A stretch of DNA of 63,065 nt, filler included, from an uncultured bacterium (lineage in GTDB: Bacteria > JAGOEH01): the NCBI GenBank assembly GCA_964632485.1. It is 3 parts of 3 records of this genome, joined end to end, with 100 filler letters (N's around TTAATTAATTAA, not from the genome) between each part and the next. Parts side by side here need not be neighbours in the genome. Positions count along the whole stretch, not along the records: positions 27,301 to 51,243 come from CAZWDO010000036.1; 2 more parts are not named here. One strand, given 5' to 3'. Position 1 is the stretch's first letter; each line of letters starts with the position of its first letter. The notes under the pieces were generated by a model. It was not told where the DNA came from, made no database searches, and worked only from the letters and a program-made list of their open reading frames with translations. The position numbers and the translations under genes were made by a program. Of this stretch, positions 35,929-46,521 are shown one piece after another.

Positions 35929-38900
35929 ATGATGAGCGGAGAAAGTCAAAAGACGATACTACTGGTGGAAGATGAAATTTTGATCGCCATGTCCGAAAAA
36001 ATGGCCCTTGAGAAATATCGATATAGTGTCATTACTGCGAATAGTGGTGAAAAAGCCATAGAGACTATTAAAAAAATACCGGAAATTAACCTGATTCTTA
36101 TGGATATTGATTTAGGTAAAGGCATTGACGGGACACAAGCCGCTGAGATAATCCTGAGGGATCGGAATATTCCGGTTGTTTTTCTATCCAGTCACATTGA
36201 ACCTGAAATTGTTGAAAAAACTGAAAAAATAACGTCCTACGGATATGTCGTAAAAAATTCCAGCACAACGGCTCTTGATGCTTCCATCAAAATGGCATTC
36301 AAGCTTTTTGAATCGAACTTGAAGATACAAAATGAACTAGTTGAACGTAAACGGCTGGAATCCGCCTTAGAGAAGCGTATCGTAGCCCTGACTCATCCCC
36401 TTGATCAATCGGGGGATCTTACGTTTAAAGACCTTTTTGATGTAACGACAATACAGCTTTTGCAAGATGAATTCTCAAATGCGACAGGAGTGGCTTCCAT
36501 CATCACACTTCCTGATGGAACACCCATTACCAAACCAAGTAATTTTACGTATTTTTGTGAGGAGATAATACAAAAAAACGCGAAAGGATGTTCCAATTGC
36601 TATAAATCCCATGCAGTCCTCGGTCGCTTAAATGCTGAAGGTCCTATCATCGAGCCATGCCTCGGCGGGGGACTATGGAATGCCGGGGCCTGCATATCCG
36701 CCGGCGATCAACATATTGCCAACTGGCTCATGGGGCAAATCAGAGATGAAACACAAAGCGAAGAAACGATACAAAACTACGCCAGAGAGATAGGCGTGGA
36801 TGAGGAGGCAACTTTAAAGGCGTTTCGTGAAGTTCCGTCCCTACCATCCGAAAAATTTAAGAATATTGCTCAGGCTTTATTCGCCCTGACCAACCAGCTT
36901 TCGTCAATCGCCTATCAAAATGTCCAGCAAGCTCGTTTTATCTATGAACGAAATCAATCATTAGAAAAGTTGCGCGAGAGCGAAGAATCCCTTTCAATCA
37001 CCCTTCAATCTATTGGAGATGCGGTTATAGCTACCGATATTAATGGCAATATTACGCGCATGAACAGTAAAGCGGAACAGCTCATCGGCTGGAGTTTTGA
37101 TGAAGCGAAGAATCAAAAGTTAGATAATATTTTTAAAATAATCAATGCGCATACGCGAAACCCGGTAGCAAATCCCGTTGCCATGGTTCTTGAAAAAGGG
37201 AAAGTAATCGACCTCGCTAATCATACGATATTAATCAGTCGGGATGGAACTGAATATCAAATAGCAGACAGCTCGGCGCCTATTAAGGATAAGCAGGGGA
37301 ATATAAAAGGCGTAATTCTTGTTTTTTCGGATATCACAGAAAGGTATGAAGCAGAAAGACTCTTACATGAATCTTATATCGATCTAAAAAACAGTCAGTC
37401 AATCGCCCACATAGGCAGTTGGAAGCTGGATCTTAAAACGAACAGATTCACTGCTTCAGAGGAGGGGTTAAAAATATTCGGCTTCCCTCAAAATTCGAGC
37501 CCCACATTCAGCGAAGTAGTGGCATGTATGCCGGCAAAAGACCGGCAACATGCCTCTGAAGTATTAAAAAATGCGCTATTGACCGGAGAACCCTATACTA
37601 TCGAAATGCATATAATCCGGAAAAATGACGGAAAAAACAGAATCATTGTATCTGATGCGGTGATTCTTTCGGGCGAAGACGGTAAACCCCGCGCTATACT
37701 GGGAACAAACCAGGATATTACAGAGCGCCGGCAGGCTGAAGAGGCATTGCAGGAAAGCGAAGAGAAATATCGCAGTCTTACCGAAAGCATTCAGGACGTT
37801 ATTTGGATTTTGGATACTCAAACATTGCGCTTTCGTTATGTAAGCCCTTCAGTCTTAAAACTTCGCGGTTTCTCCCCGGAAGAAATTATGGATCAACCCG
37901 TTGATGCCGCATTAACGGCTTTGGAAGCTGCAGGCTTAAAAACATTAATCCAACAAAGAGTTGATGACTATTTGTCAGGAAAAAAACCACCTGACACTTT
38001 CTACATTAATGATATCGAACAACCATGTAAAGATGGTTCCACTGTATGGACCGAAGTAGTTACGAAGTATTATACGAGTAAGGAAACCGGAGCCGTAGAA
38101 ATACTGGGGGTTACCCGAAACATAAATGACCGGAAGCGCCTGGAAGATGAGGTACACCGTAATGAATCCCGATTAAAAATTCTGATCGATATACTCCAAC
38201 ACCAATCAGCGTCTATCCAAGATTTTCTCGATTATGCGCTGGAGCAAGCATTGCAACTAACTGCAAGCAAGCTTGGCTACATTTACCATTATCATGAAGA
38301 TCGTAAAAAGTTTGTTTTGAACACCTGGTCTAAAGACGTAATGGAAGAATGCGCAATCATTAATCCCCAAACTTGCTATGAGTTGGATAAAACCGGAATC
38401 TGGGGTGAGGCCGTACGACAGCGACGTCCGATTATTATCAATGATTTTCAAAGCGCTCACCCTTTAAAAAAAGGGTATCCAAAAGGACATGTGAATCTTA
38501 ATAAATTTTTAACCATCCCCGTTTTTATGGATAGTAGTATTGTTGGAGTGGTCGGTTTGGCAAACAAAGATACAGACTATGATGAAACCGATGTTCTTCA
38601 AATATCGTTATTAATGAATTCCGTTTGGAAAGTTATCGAACGCAAACAGGCAGAAGAAAAAATTAAAGGACTTCTTAGTGAAAAAGAACTTCTTCTTAAA
38701 GAAGTGCATCACCGCATTAAAAATAATATGAACACCATCCACAGCCTGCTTATTCTCCAAGCTCAAACGCTAGAAGACCCTTCGGCCATTGCGGCGCTTG
38801 AAGATGCCGGAAACAGAGTTTACAGCATGATGATGCTATATGATAAATTATATCAATCGGCTGATTTTAGCGAATTATCAGTCAAGGAGTATCTATCGCC

Positions 38901-39276
38901 GCTTGTAGATGAGATTATCGCTAACTTCCCAAACAGAAACTTAGTGAAGGTTGAAAAAACGATCAATGAATTTAATTTAGATGCCAAACGGTTGCAAATT
39001 CTCGGCATCATAATCAATGAGCTTTTAACCAATATCATGAAATATGCGTTTGTGAATACATCCGATGGAATAATCAGAGTTTCCGCTTCATTGGGGGATA
39101 GCAAAGTTTCAATTACAATTCAGGATAACGGACCGGGGATGCCGGAATCAATCGATTTTCAAAAATCGGCTGGATTTGGCCTCATGTTAGTAGCAATTCT
39201 GATCCAACAGTTATACGGCGCGATCCAAATCGAGCGGGTAAATGGGACAAAAATTACCATGGAATTTGATCTATGA
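35929..39276 (+). CDS. multi-sensor histidine kinase REC-PocR-PAS x3-GAF-HisKA_2-HATPase
   Basis: ILLVEDE/LMDIDL receiver; PocR-like ATGVASII...FC...C; DITER PAS ends; EVHHRIKNN H-box; NELLTNIMKYAF; DNGPG; GFGL. Confidence 0.92.
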   Translation: MMSGESQKTILLVEDEILIAMSEKMALEKYRYSVITANSGEKAIETIKKIPEINLILMDIDLGKGIDGTQAAEIILRDRNIPVVFLSSHIEPEIVEKTEKITSYGYVVKNSSTTALDASIKMAFKLFESNLKIQNELVERKRLESALEKRIVALTHPLDQSGDLTFKDLFDVTTIQLLQDEFSNATGVASIITLPDGTPITKPSNFTYFCEEIIQKNAKGCSNCYKSHAVLGRLNAEGPIIEPCLGGGLWNAGACISAGDQHIANWLMGQIRDETQSEETIQNYAREIGVDEEATLKAFREVPSLPSEKFKNIAQALFALTNQLSSIAYQNVQQARFIYERNQSLEKLRESEESLSITLQSIGDAVIATDINGNITRMNSKAEQLIGWSFDEAKNQKLDNIFKIINAHTRNPVANPVAMVLEKGKVIDLANHTILISRDGTEYQIADSSAPIKDKQGNIKGVILVFSDITERYEAERLLHESYIDLKNSQSIAHIGSWKLDLKTNRFTASEEGLKIFGFPQNSSPTFSEVVACMPAKDRQHASEVLKNALLTGEPYTIEMHIIRKNDGKNRIIVSDAVILSGEDGKPRAILGTNQDITERRQAEEALQESEEKYRSLTESIQDVIWILDTQTLRFRYVSPSVLKLRGFSPEEIMDQPVDAALTALEAAGLKTLIQQRVDDYLSGKKPPDTFYINDIEQPCKDGSTVWTEVVTKYYTSKETGAVEILGVTRNINDRKRLEDEVHRNESRLKILIDILQHQSASIQDFLDYALEQALQLTASKLGYIYHYHEDRKKFVLNTWSKDVMEECAIINPQTCYELDKTGIWGEAVRQRRPIIINDFQSAHPLKKGYPKGHVNLNKFLTIPVFMDSSIVGVVGLANKDTDYDETDVLQISLLMNSVWKVIERKQAEEKIKGLLSEKELLLKEVHHRIKNNMNTIHSLLILQAQTLEDPSAIAALEDAGNRVYSMMMLYDKLYQSADFSELSVKEYLSPLVDEIIANFPNRNLVKVEKTINEFNLDAKRLQILGIIINELLTNIMKYAFVNTSDGIIRVSASLGDSKVSITIQDNGPGMPESIDFQKSAGFGLMLVAILIQQLYGAIQIERVNGTKITMEFDL

Positions 39277-39315
39277 TTTTAAAACTTAGCGGGAAAAGGG
39301 TTCCCAATTATCCAT

Positions 39316-40302
39316 TCAATTAACTGAGTTTATGCCCTTGACTCCTTGCTGGTTTAGCATTTTATAAACGGTTCCAAGAATCATCTCTTTTTGTTTTAAC
39401 ATTTGCTCTTTACTTTTTGATACTATCCTACCAGCGCTGGCGCCTTTATGCCCATCTCCAATATTCAATTCACGGACTATATCTCCAAGATCAAAAATAT
39501 TCGGCTCAACATTCAGCGAGAGGCTTAATGTTAAACTTAACTCGGTGGTTTTGATATTGTTCTTAAAAACAGGATTAATAGCGATGACTATTTTTGATTG
39601 CGGTTCTTTTAAAAACGCCAGATTCTTTAATATTCTCGGTGGATGTTTGTACTCGCTAAAATCCAGGAGTATCAGTTTGCCAAATTTTAATTCAACCACT
39701 TTATACTCTTTGTCAATGATATTAAGCATTCTTTCTTCATCATCCAGGTACTTCTGATAGAAATCATAAATCTCACTGAATTTTGAAAGCTCATCTAACG
39801 ATATTTTTGAAAGTTGTTGTACCAAGTATAATAAAAAATTGTTCCTCTCTTTCAAAGTATCCTGAATTTTCATCGCGCAATCTACTATTCTTGCCGGAGT
39901 TTCCTGTCTCAATTCCTCTAAATCCTTATAATCAAAACTATCAATTTTATCCGCCGCGGCAACCAAATCTGCGATAAATGGCGGGTAATCATTTATAAAC
40001 TCATCATAAATTATCCGGGCGCAACTTTTCTCTTCTCTCCGAATTCCGGCGATTAATGCGGGGTCAATTTTTTTTAGTATTAAATCTTCTGTATTCCCTG
40101 AATGATGATCATACCATAACGCGGCTGGCGATGCATACGGCAAATCCACAATGACGTCAGCGCAATAAACAGAAAATTTTCTATAGTTGATATCTGAGGG
40201 ATTGGCAAACATAAAATTACCAATATTAAATTTCAAAGAACATAAAACGGCGCTGCTTACTCCATCGAAATCCGTATGAGCAATAATTCTGTTATAATCC
40301 AT
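39316..40302 (-). CDS. DHH family phosphoesterase
   Basis: HTDFDG, VDLPY, YDHH, GDGHKGAS. Confidence 0.85.
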   Translation of the reverse strand: MDYNRIIAHTDFDGVSSAVLCSLKFNIGNFMFANPSDINYRKFSVYCADVIVDLPYASPAALWYDHHSGNTEDLILKKIDPALIAGIRREEKSCARIIYDEFINDYPPFIADLVAAADKIDSFDYKDLEELRQETPARIVDCAMKIQDTLKERNNFLLYLVQQLSKISLDELSKFSEIYDFYQKYLDDEERMLNIIDKEYKVVELKFGKLILLDFSEYKHPPRILKNLAFLKEPQSKIVIAINPVFKNNIKTTELSLTLSLSLNVEPNIFDLGDIVRELNIGDGHKGASAGRIVSKSKEQMLKQKEMILGTVYKMLNQQGVKGINSVN

Positions 40303-40507
40303 AAAAAACTCCTGCTAATTAGAAGAATAATAAAGTTTAGAATCGGACGCGAAATTTTTGAAAAGCGTGATTATTCAAGTTGCATCAATCCCATTTTAAA
40401 AGTTCTGTTTTTAAATATAAACCCTATTTAACATATTGTCAAGTATTAAAAAAAAGAAAATAAAACCGCAAATATAAGGTTCTAACGTGTAGGGAGAAAA
40501 AAATTAA

Positions 40508-42787
40508 ATGACCCTTCGCAAGAAGATTCTGGGTATTTTAATCCTAGCGTTTTCCTTAATATCAGCAGCCATTTTTTTTATTATCCAAACCTGGAAATCT
40601 TCGCTGCGAGAAGGCTTGGAGGGCCAAGCCAATGTTGCTCTCAGCCAACAGGCTAATATACTCAGCGATAAAATTCTTGATGGACGCCGGATGCTCAGAA
40701 TACTGGCGATGGATGACCATCTGGCAGATACAAATATTGAATTAATACGTTTAAAACTGCGTCAGTGGTCAGAAGAGAAAACACTGTTTGAATCATTTTA
40801 TTATGATACGATGGAGAGTGATGTATATCCGCCAACGGGACCTACACTTTCAGTCCGTGATAGAGATTATTTCCCCAGAATCCAGGCAGGAAAGGAAATC
40901 ATCGGCGCTCCAATAATTAGCCGTCATACTGGCAAAGCGGTACTCTTACTCACTTCTCCTGTGAGAGACATTGCCGGTCAGTTGCATAGGGCATTGGCCG
41001 GAACTTTGATGATTCAAGAGATTATTACCCGGGTTACATCGGGAAGAGAGTTGAATCATGGCGCGAATATGTATCTTTTTGATACACAGGGGCGGGCTCT
41101 CGGAAGCGCTGACACCAGTTTTAATACTGAGTTGGAGGTAGTTTCTCAAGAGAAATCTCCAATGGCTTTTGCCTTGTGGATGGTGGTTCAAAGAGCAAAT
41201 AATCCAAAGATCAGCGCAGTTCAAAAAACGAAAGCCATTCTCAACAACAAAGAAATTATCGCGCACTTTATATCTATTCCTGAGCTTCATTGGTATCTGG
41301 TTCATACGCAATCAGTAACCGAACTGATGGCGCCTATGCATAAAGCCTTGATATTTTCCTTTTCAATTATTGCTTTACTTTTTTATTTTGCGGGGTATTA
41401 TTTCTCTTATTTGAAAGGATAATAATACATCCCGTAATCTGTTTACGAAACGCCCATATCAAGCTCGAATCCGGGGATATGTCCATACGAGCCCCGGATG
41501 AAGGGCATGATGAGTTTGCGGATCTCGCCCGGGCATTTAATCAGTCTGTTATCAGTTTAGAACTTTTTGAGCAGAGATTTAAAACTATTTTCGAAGCCTT
41601 TCCGTTCCCTATTGTGATTAATAGACTCTCAGATGCGATTTTCATCAATATGAATACGGCAGCCGAAGCTTTTTTTGAACATAAGCGAGACGAACTGATT
41701 GGTCTAAGCTCTTGGCATCCCAGATTTAACACAGACCCTGAAGCTTCAATAAATAGCAAGAATCGCCTGATGAGATCAGGTCAGCTTGATAATGAGCCTT
41801 ATAAAATTACCCGATCGGATGGAACTATAATGTGGATTATTTATTCCACCCGATTGATTAAATTTGGAGATGAGCAAGTGGCCCTTACTGTCCTGACGGA
41901 TGTAACCGCGCTGAAACAGGCGGAGTTTGAGATAGCGGCTGGCGAATCCATCCGATTTGAAACAATAAATCTGGCGGCTGACGGCGCTCACGCTTATCAT
42001 TGGAGATGATTCCCTGATACAGAACGCCCTGCTTAACATAGGGATTAATTCTTCCCATGCCATGCCGCAGGGAGGTACATTGACCTTTATACTTGAAAAT
42101 CTCGATTTGGATATAAATTATTGCGAAGCATCTCCCTTTGATATCAAACCGGGGAGCTATCTGGAGATTGCTATTCGGGATACGGGTTGCGGTATCCCGC
42201 AGGAGATCACTTCCCGAATTTTTGAACCTTTTTTTACAACAAAAGAAAATGGAAAAGGAACTGGTTTAGGCCTTGCCATGGTTTATGGCACGGTACAGGA
42301 GCATGGAGGGGCTATTACTGTTTATTCTGAAGTAAGCGCCGGAACTGTATTTCATATATATCTTCCATTAACAGAAGACTCAGCGTACCACAAAAGGGGT
42401 TTCGAAACATTACCTACAGGCGCCTCAACAGTACTTCTTGTAGATGACGAGGAATTGATCAGAATTACTGCCAAAGGGTTATTAGAATCACTGGGATATA
42501 ACGTTGTTTTAGCAATCAATGGAGAAGAAGGCATAAAAACCTTTGCTGAGAGAAAAGACGAGATTGGATTAATTATACTGGATATGATTATGCCGGTGAT
42601 GGGTGGTCGTGAAGCTTTCGAAAAAATGCGGAATATTAACCCGGATATTCCGATACTTATCGCTTCCGGTTTTGCTAAAGAAGAGCATTTGGCATTATTA
42701 AGAAAACAAGGATTATCCGGTTTTTTGCAAAAACCATTTCGTATTTCGGAATTGGCTATAAAAGTTAGTGAGGCGCTGACAAAATAA
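40508..42787 (+). pseudogene. hybrid sensor kinase (Cache-HAMP-PAS-[HisKA missing]-HATPase-REC), broken into three ORFs
   Basis: Frameshift near 41400 (alternative frame LFERIIIHPV...ESGDMS joins HAMP); N-box IQNALLNIGINSSHAMP out of frame at ~42010; no H-box anywhere. Confidence 0.8.
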
Positions 42788-42966
42788 TTACTAATTATCA
42801 ACTTTAAAATAGCGGCAACTAAACAGGAGTTTCGTTTTCAGTCCCAAAAAATACGCGGTTAACGGGACGTTTGGCAATCTGTTTAGGTGTCCAAGGTTAT
42901 GGCTTTCATTGGCAATATAATGCCACACCCATGGCTGCCAGAAAAAAAATGATTTTTAATTAGAAC

Positions 42967-42995
42967 TTGACAGCATGAGAAATTTACACTATATT
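42967..42995 (+). promoter_or_regulatory. sigma70-type promoter upstream of the 43188 orphan gene
   Basis: TTGACA-N17-TATATT. Confidence 0.6.
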
Positions 42996-43187
42996 TTAAA
43001 TATGATAAAAATTGGCTCAACTGATCTGAAAAAAAGAGTTTTAGTTGTAATTGTATATTCACGATATAGCTGCGAATGCTATTAAAACGGCGGCTGTTCC
43101 GCTTTGACAAAACGCGTAATGCATAGGTTAATAATGATGCGTTTAATTTTTTAATGTCTTCAAATCCCAATTCGAAAGGATGATATT

Positions 43188-43916
43188 ATGGGAAATTGGA
43201 CATGCTTGAATGTGTCGTATTCGACGCAGGATATAAACAATAATTTTGGAAACACATTTCAGGTCAGATTTCGGCTCAAGTACTCAACTTCGATTTTTAG
43301 TAGTTTTAAAGAACCGCCCACTCTTGAGTGGAAAGAAATAATCAAGCTATTAGACCATAATAAGGGTGAGTGGTGGCAGTTTACGACTGATCAGTATGAA
43401 CGCCTGCCCCGCAGTATGACTTTAAAGGTCTGGGGCGAACGTTATATCAAAGCCTACGAATCTGTCTGGTATCAGGACCCGCCGAATTCACAGGTTAATC
43501 TGTATGCCCTTAACGGCCAGAAATTATTGAAAAATATTTTTGGAAATACGCAAAAAAAGAATGATAGAGAAAAAGCCGATGCGGTGCGAAGTTATCTCAA
43601 ACAAAACGGCGCAATATTGGAAATTGAGATTATCGATACCCCGGCGCTTATTAAGCCGAAACAGGGCAATGTCGTCAATAAAGAACGTTTGTTGATATTT
43701 GATTGCGGGCTTAAGGGAGTGGGACAGAGAGTGAAGGGATATCAGTATCTAAAAGTGGACAGCTCGGTTGATCAAAGCCAATGGATTCGCGAAGTCGTGT
43801 ACAGTACAATCACCCGACCGATTGACGTCTCCGGCTTGACGCAGACGGATCCTCCCCCGGATGTTACCAAGGTAGATAAAGCCGTTGCGGAACCTGAGCA
43901 CGGCTACTATCCGTAA
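43188..43916 (+). CDS. hypothetical protein
   Basis: 242-aa ORF with SD AAGGA, own promoter, and downstream hairpin GACGCA..TGCGTC (43931-43951); no recognised motif. Confidence 0.75.
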   Translation: MGNWTCLNVSYSTQDINNNFGNTFQVRFRLKYSTSIFSSFKEPPTLEWKEIIKLLDHNKGEWWQFTTDQYERLPRSMTLKVWGERYIKAYESVWYQDPPNSQVNLYALNGQKLLKNIFGNTQKKNDREKADAVRSYLKQNGAILEIEIIDTPALIKPKQGNVVNKERLLIFDCGLKGVGQRVKGYQYLKVDSSVDQSQWIREVVYSTITRPIDVSGLTQTDPPPDVTKVDKAVAEPEHGYYP

Positions 43917-44016
43917 TGGGATATTTTGAGGACGCATAGTTACTTTGCGTCATCTAATCATTTTAAATACGGGTGGTTTCTACTACGGGAAAAATTTTCA
44001 ATTGCTAAGGAATTAG

Positions 44017-46194
44017 GTGTTGTGTATGAGCGCTAATACCTCAAAAACAATCCTTCTTGTTGAAGATGAAATTCTCATCGCCATGTCCGAAAAAATGGCC
44101 CTTGAGAAATATCGATATAACGTCATCATCGTGAATAGCGGCGAAAAAGCGATAGAGTCCGTGAATCAATCTGATGGCATTGACCTCATCCTGATGGATA
44201 TTGATCTGGGCAAAGGCATCGACGGAACCCAGGCCGCGGAGATTATCCTGAAGGATCGCGATATTCCGGTAGTTTTCCTATCCAGTCATGCTGAACCTGA
44301 AATTGTGGAAAAAACGGAAAAGATCACGTCCTACGGCTATGTCGTAAAAAGTTCCAGCAGCGCCGTTCTTGACGCCTCTATCAAAATGGCGTTTAAGCTT
44401 TTTGAGGCAAATCGCAGAATAATCGAAAGCGAAATAAATCAAAAGACAATGATTGCCAATATATCTGATGTTATTGTAATACTCGACAGGGATGCAATCA
44501 ACCGATATAAGAGCCCGAATATTACAAACTGGTTCGGTTGGCAGCCTGAAGAACTTATCGGGCAAAGCGCCTGGGACGAAGTGCACCCTGACGACTTAAG
44601 AGACATGCAGTCGCTTTTTTTCAGTCTTTTGGAAAAACCCGGAGCTGCCGGAACCGCTGAATGCCGATATCTATGCAAAAATGGCAAATACGCTATAATA
44701 GAGATTACGCTGGTGAATCTATTCCATAACAAGGTAATCCAGGGAGTATTGGGAAATTATCATGATATTTCTACCCGTAAAAAAAATGAACAGGAACAGC
44801 TTGCCCTGGCTGCTCTTGTCGAGAATTCCAACGATATCGCCATTGTCAAAGACCTCGATCGCCGGATAGTATCGGGTAATAGAAATTTTATCCGCGCTTC
44901 AATGCGCGAATCCCTTACCCATCTGATCGGAAAAACTGATGCGGAGATACTTGGTATCACCGAAGATGAAGAACCCGCGCATTCCTATATGCTTGATGAC
45001 CTTAAAGCGCTCCAGTTAAAACCAGGCGAATCTCTCTTAAGGGAAGAGGATATTCCTTCTGCAGACGGCCTGATGCGAACATACATGACCCGTAAATTCC
45101 CCATAAGAATTGCCTCAAGGGTTATAGGTATGGGCGTCATTACAACTGACATCACCGAACGAAAGCATGCTGAGGAAGAGATTAAAGCCCAAAACTCACT
45201 TTTATCAATGATTATGGAAACCAGCCCTGTCGGCATTGCTACTGTGGACGTTGAAGGAAATATCACGTATGCTAATTACCGGGCTGAGCAAATACTTGGA
45301 ATTGAAAAAAATAAGATTACCGCCAGAAAATACAATGCGTCCGCATGGAATCCAACGGATATTAACGGCGACCCCTTACCGGATGAAAAACAGCCCTTTT
45401 ACATCGTAAAAACGACACGGAAAACAGCCTATAATATTCAACATGGGATCACATGGCCTGATGGCAGGTACATTATATTGTCAGTCAATGCAAGCCCTAT
45501 GAGTGATAAAGATGGCCAGTTTTCCGGCATGGTAGCTACATTTGAAGATATTACCGATAAATTGCGAAATGAAAAAATTATTATCAGCCAACTTTCTGAA
45601 AAAGAAATTCTTCTCAAAGAAGTTCATCACCGAATAAAAAACAATATCGGTTCTATTGAAGCCCTGTTATCAATGCAGTTGCAATCCATCAATAATCCCG
45701 AGGCTGTTTCTGTATTGCAGGATGCTATCGGTCGAATCAGCAGTATGCGCATTCTTTATGACAAATTGCTGATCAGCGAAGAGTATAAAAATATATCCGT
45801 CAAGAATTATATAGAAACTCTTATTGCCGCAATCGTCTGTTTGTTTCCAGACAACAATAAAATTTCAAGAGATATCCGGATTGACGACTTCAATCTCTCC
45901 TCTAAGAAGATGTTCCCTCTCGGAATCATCCTGAATGAACTTCTCACGAATATCATGAAATATGCGTTCAAAGGGAGAGAGCGCGGCTTGATAACAATTT
46001 CACTTTCAGTCATAAACAATCAGGCAATACTTCAGATGCAGGACAATGGCAACGGGCTGCCCGAAGGTTTTGACCTCAGTAAAACCCATGGATTTGGGCT
46101 CATACTCGTCGAAATGCTGAGCAAACAACTGGGTGGTACATTTGTTATTGAAAACTATAAGGGAACAAGGAGCATTCTGAAATTTGATATTTAA
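44017..46194 (+). CDS. histidine kinase REC-PAS x3-HisKA_2-HATPase
   Basis: Receiver nearly identical to that of the 35929 gene; EVHHRIKNN; NELLTNIMKYAF; DNGNG. Confidence 0.92.
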   Translation: MLCMSANTSKTILLVEDEILIAMSEKMALEKYRYNVIIVNSGEKAIESVNQSDGIDLILMDIDLGKGIDGTQAAEIILKDRDIPVVFLSSHAEPEIVEKTEKITSYGYVVKSSSSAVLDASIKMAFKLFEANRRIIESEINQKTMIANISDVIVILDRDAINRYKSPNITNWFGWQPEELIGQSAWDEVHPDDLRDMQSLFFSLLEKPGAAGTAECRYLCKNGKYAIIEITLVNLFHNKVIQGVLGNYHDISTRKKNEQEQLALAALVENSNDIAIVKDLDRRIVSGNRNFIRASMRESLTHLIGKTDAEILGITEDEEPAHSYMLDDLKALQLKPGESLLREEDIPSADGLMRTYMTRKFPIRIASRVIGMGVITTDITERKHAEEEIKAQNSLLSMIMETSPVGIATVDVEGNITYANYRAEQILGIEKNKITARKYNASAWNPTDINGDPLPDEKQPFYIVKTTRKTAYNIQHGITWPDGRYIILSVNASPMSDKDGQFSGMVATFEDITDKLRNEKIIISQLSEKEILLKEVHHRIKNNIGSIEALLSMQLQSINNPEAVSVLQDAIGRISSMRILYDKLLISEEYKNISVKNYIETLIAAIVCLFPDNNKISRDIRIDDFNLSSKKMFPLGIILNELLTNIMKYAFKGRERGLITISLSVINNQAILQMQDNGNGLPEGFDLSKTHGFGLILVEMLSKQLGGTFVIENYKGTRSILKFDI

Positions 46195-46204
46195 TTTTAT
46201 TAAC

Positions 46205-46238
46205 AAGCGCCAAAACCCGTCTCCGAACTTTGGCGCTT
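46205..46238. terminator. hairpin after kinase gene (probable terminator)
   Basis: AAGCGCCAAA / TTTGGCGCTT perfect 10-bp stem; weak U-tract. Confidence 0.45.
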
Positions 46239-46521
46239 AGTTAGTGAAAGGCGCGAACTCCAGCATAGCAAAAGGCGATAGTTGGCAATTTTAAAAACAA
46301 CTTGCTTTATTTTTATTTTATGTTATTATAATATTAACTGACAGACTGATTACTAAGGCCCGATGATATCCGACATCATTCGACATTGAACAGTAAACGC
46401 GATAAACCGAAAGAGGAATATGTCAATTTGCCTCTTGTTTACAATCGAATCACCCTTAAGCCCGACAAAAAGTCCGGCGGATTTAATATAAATTTTACAA
46501 TTCCAGTCCAGGAGGCAACTT

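Noticed and set aside
46198-46246. Integron attC site (TAAC...GTTAG flanking a stem)
   Set aside because: About 49 bp is shorter than typical attC sites, there is no array or integrase, and the upstream gene is a large kinase; a terminator is simpler
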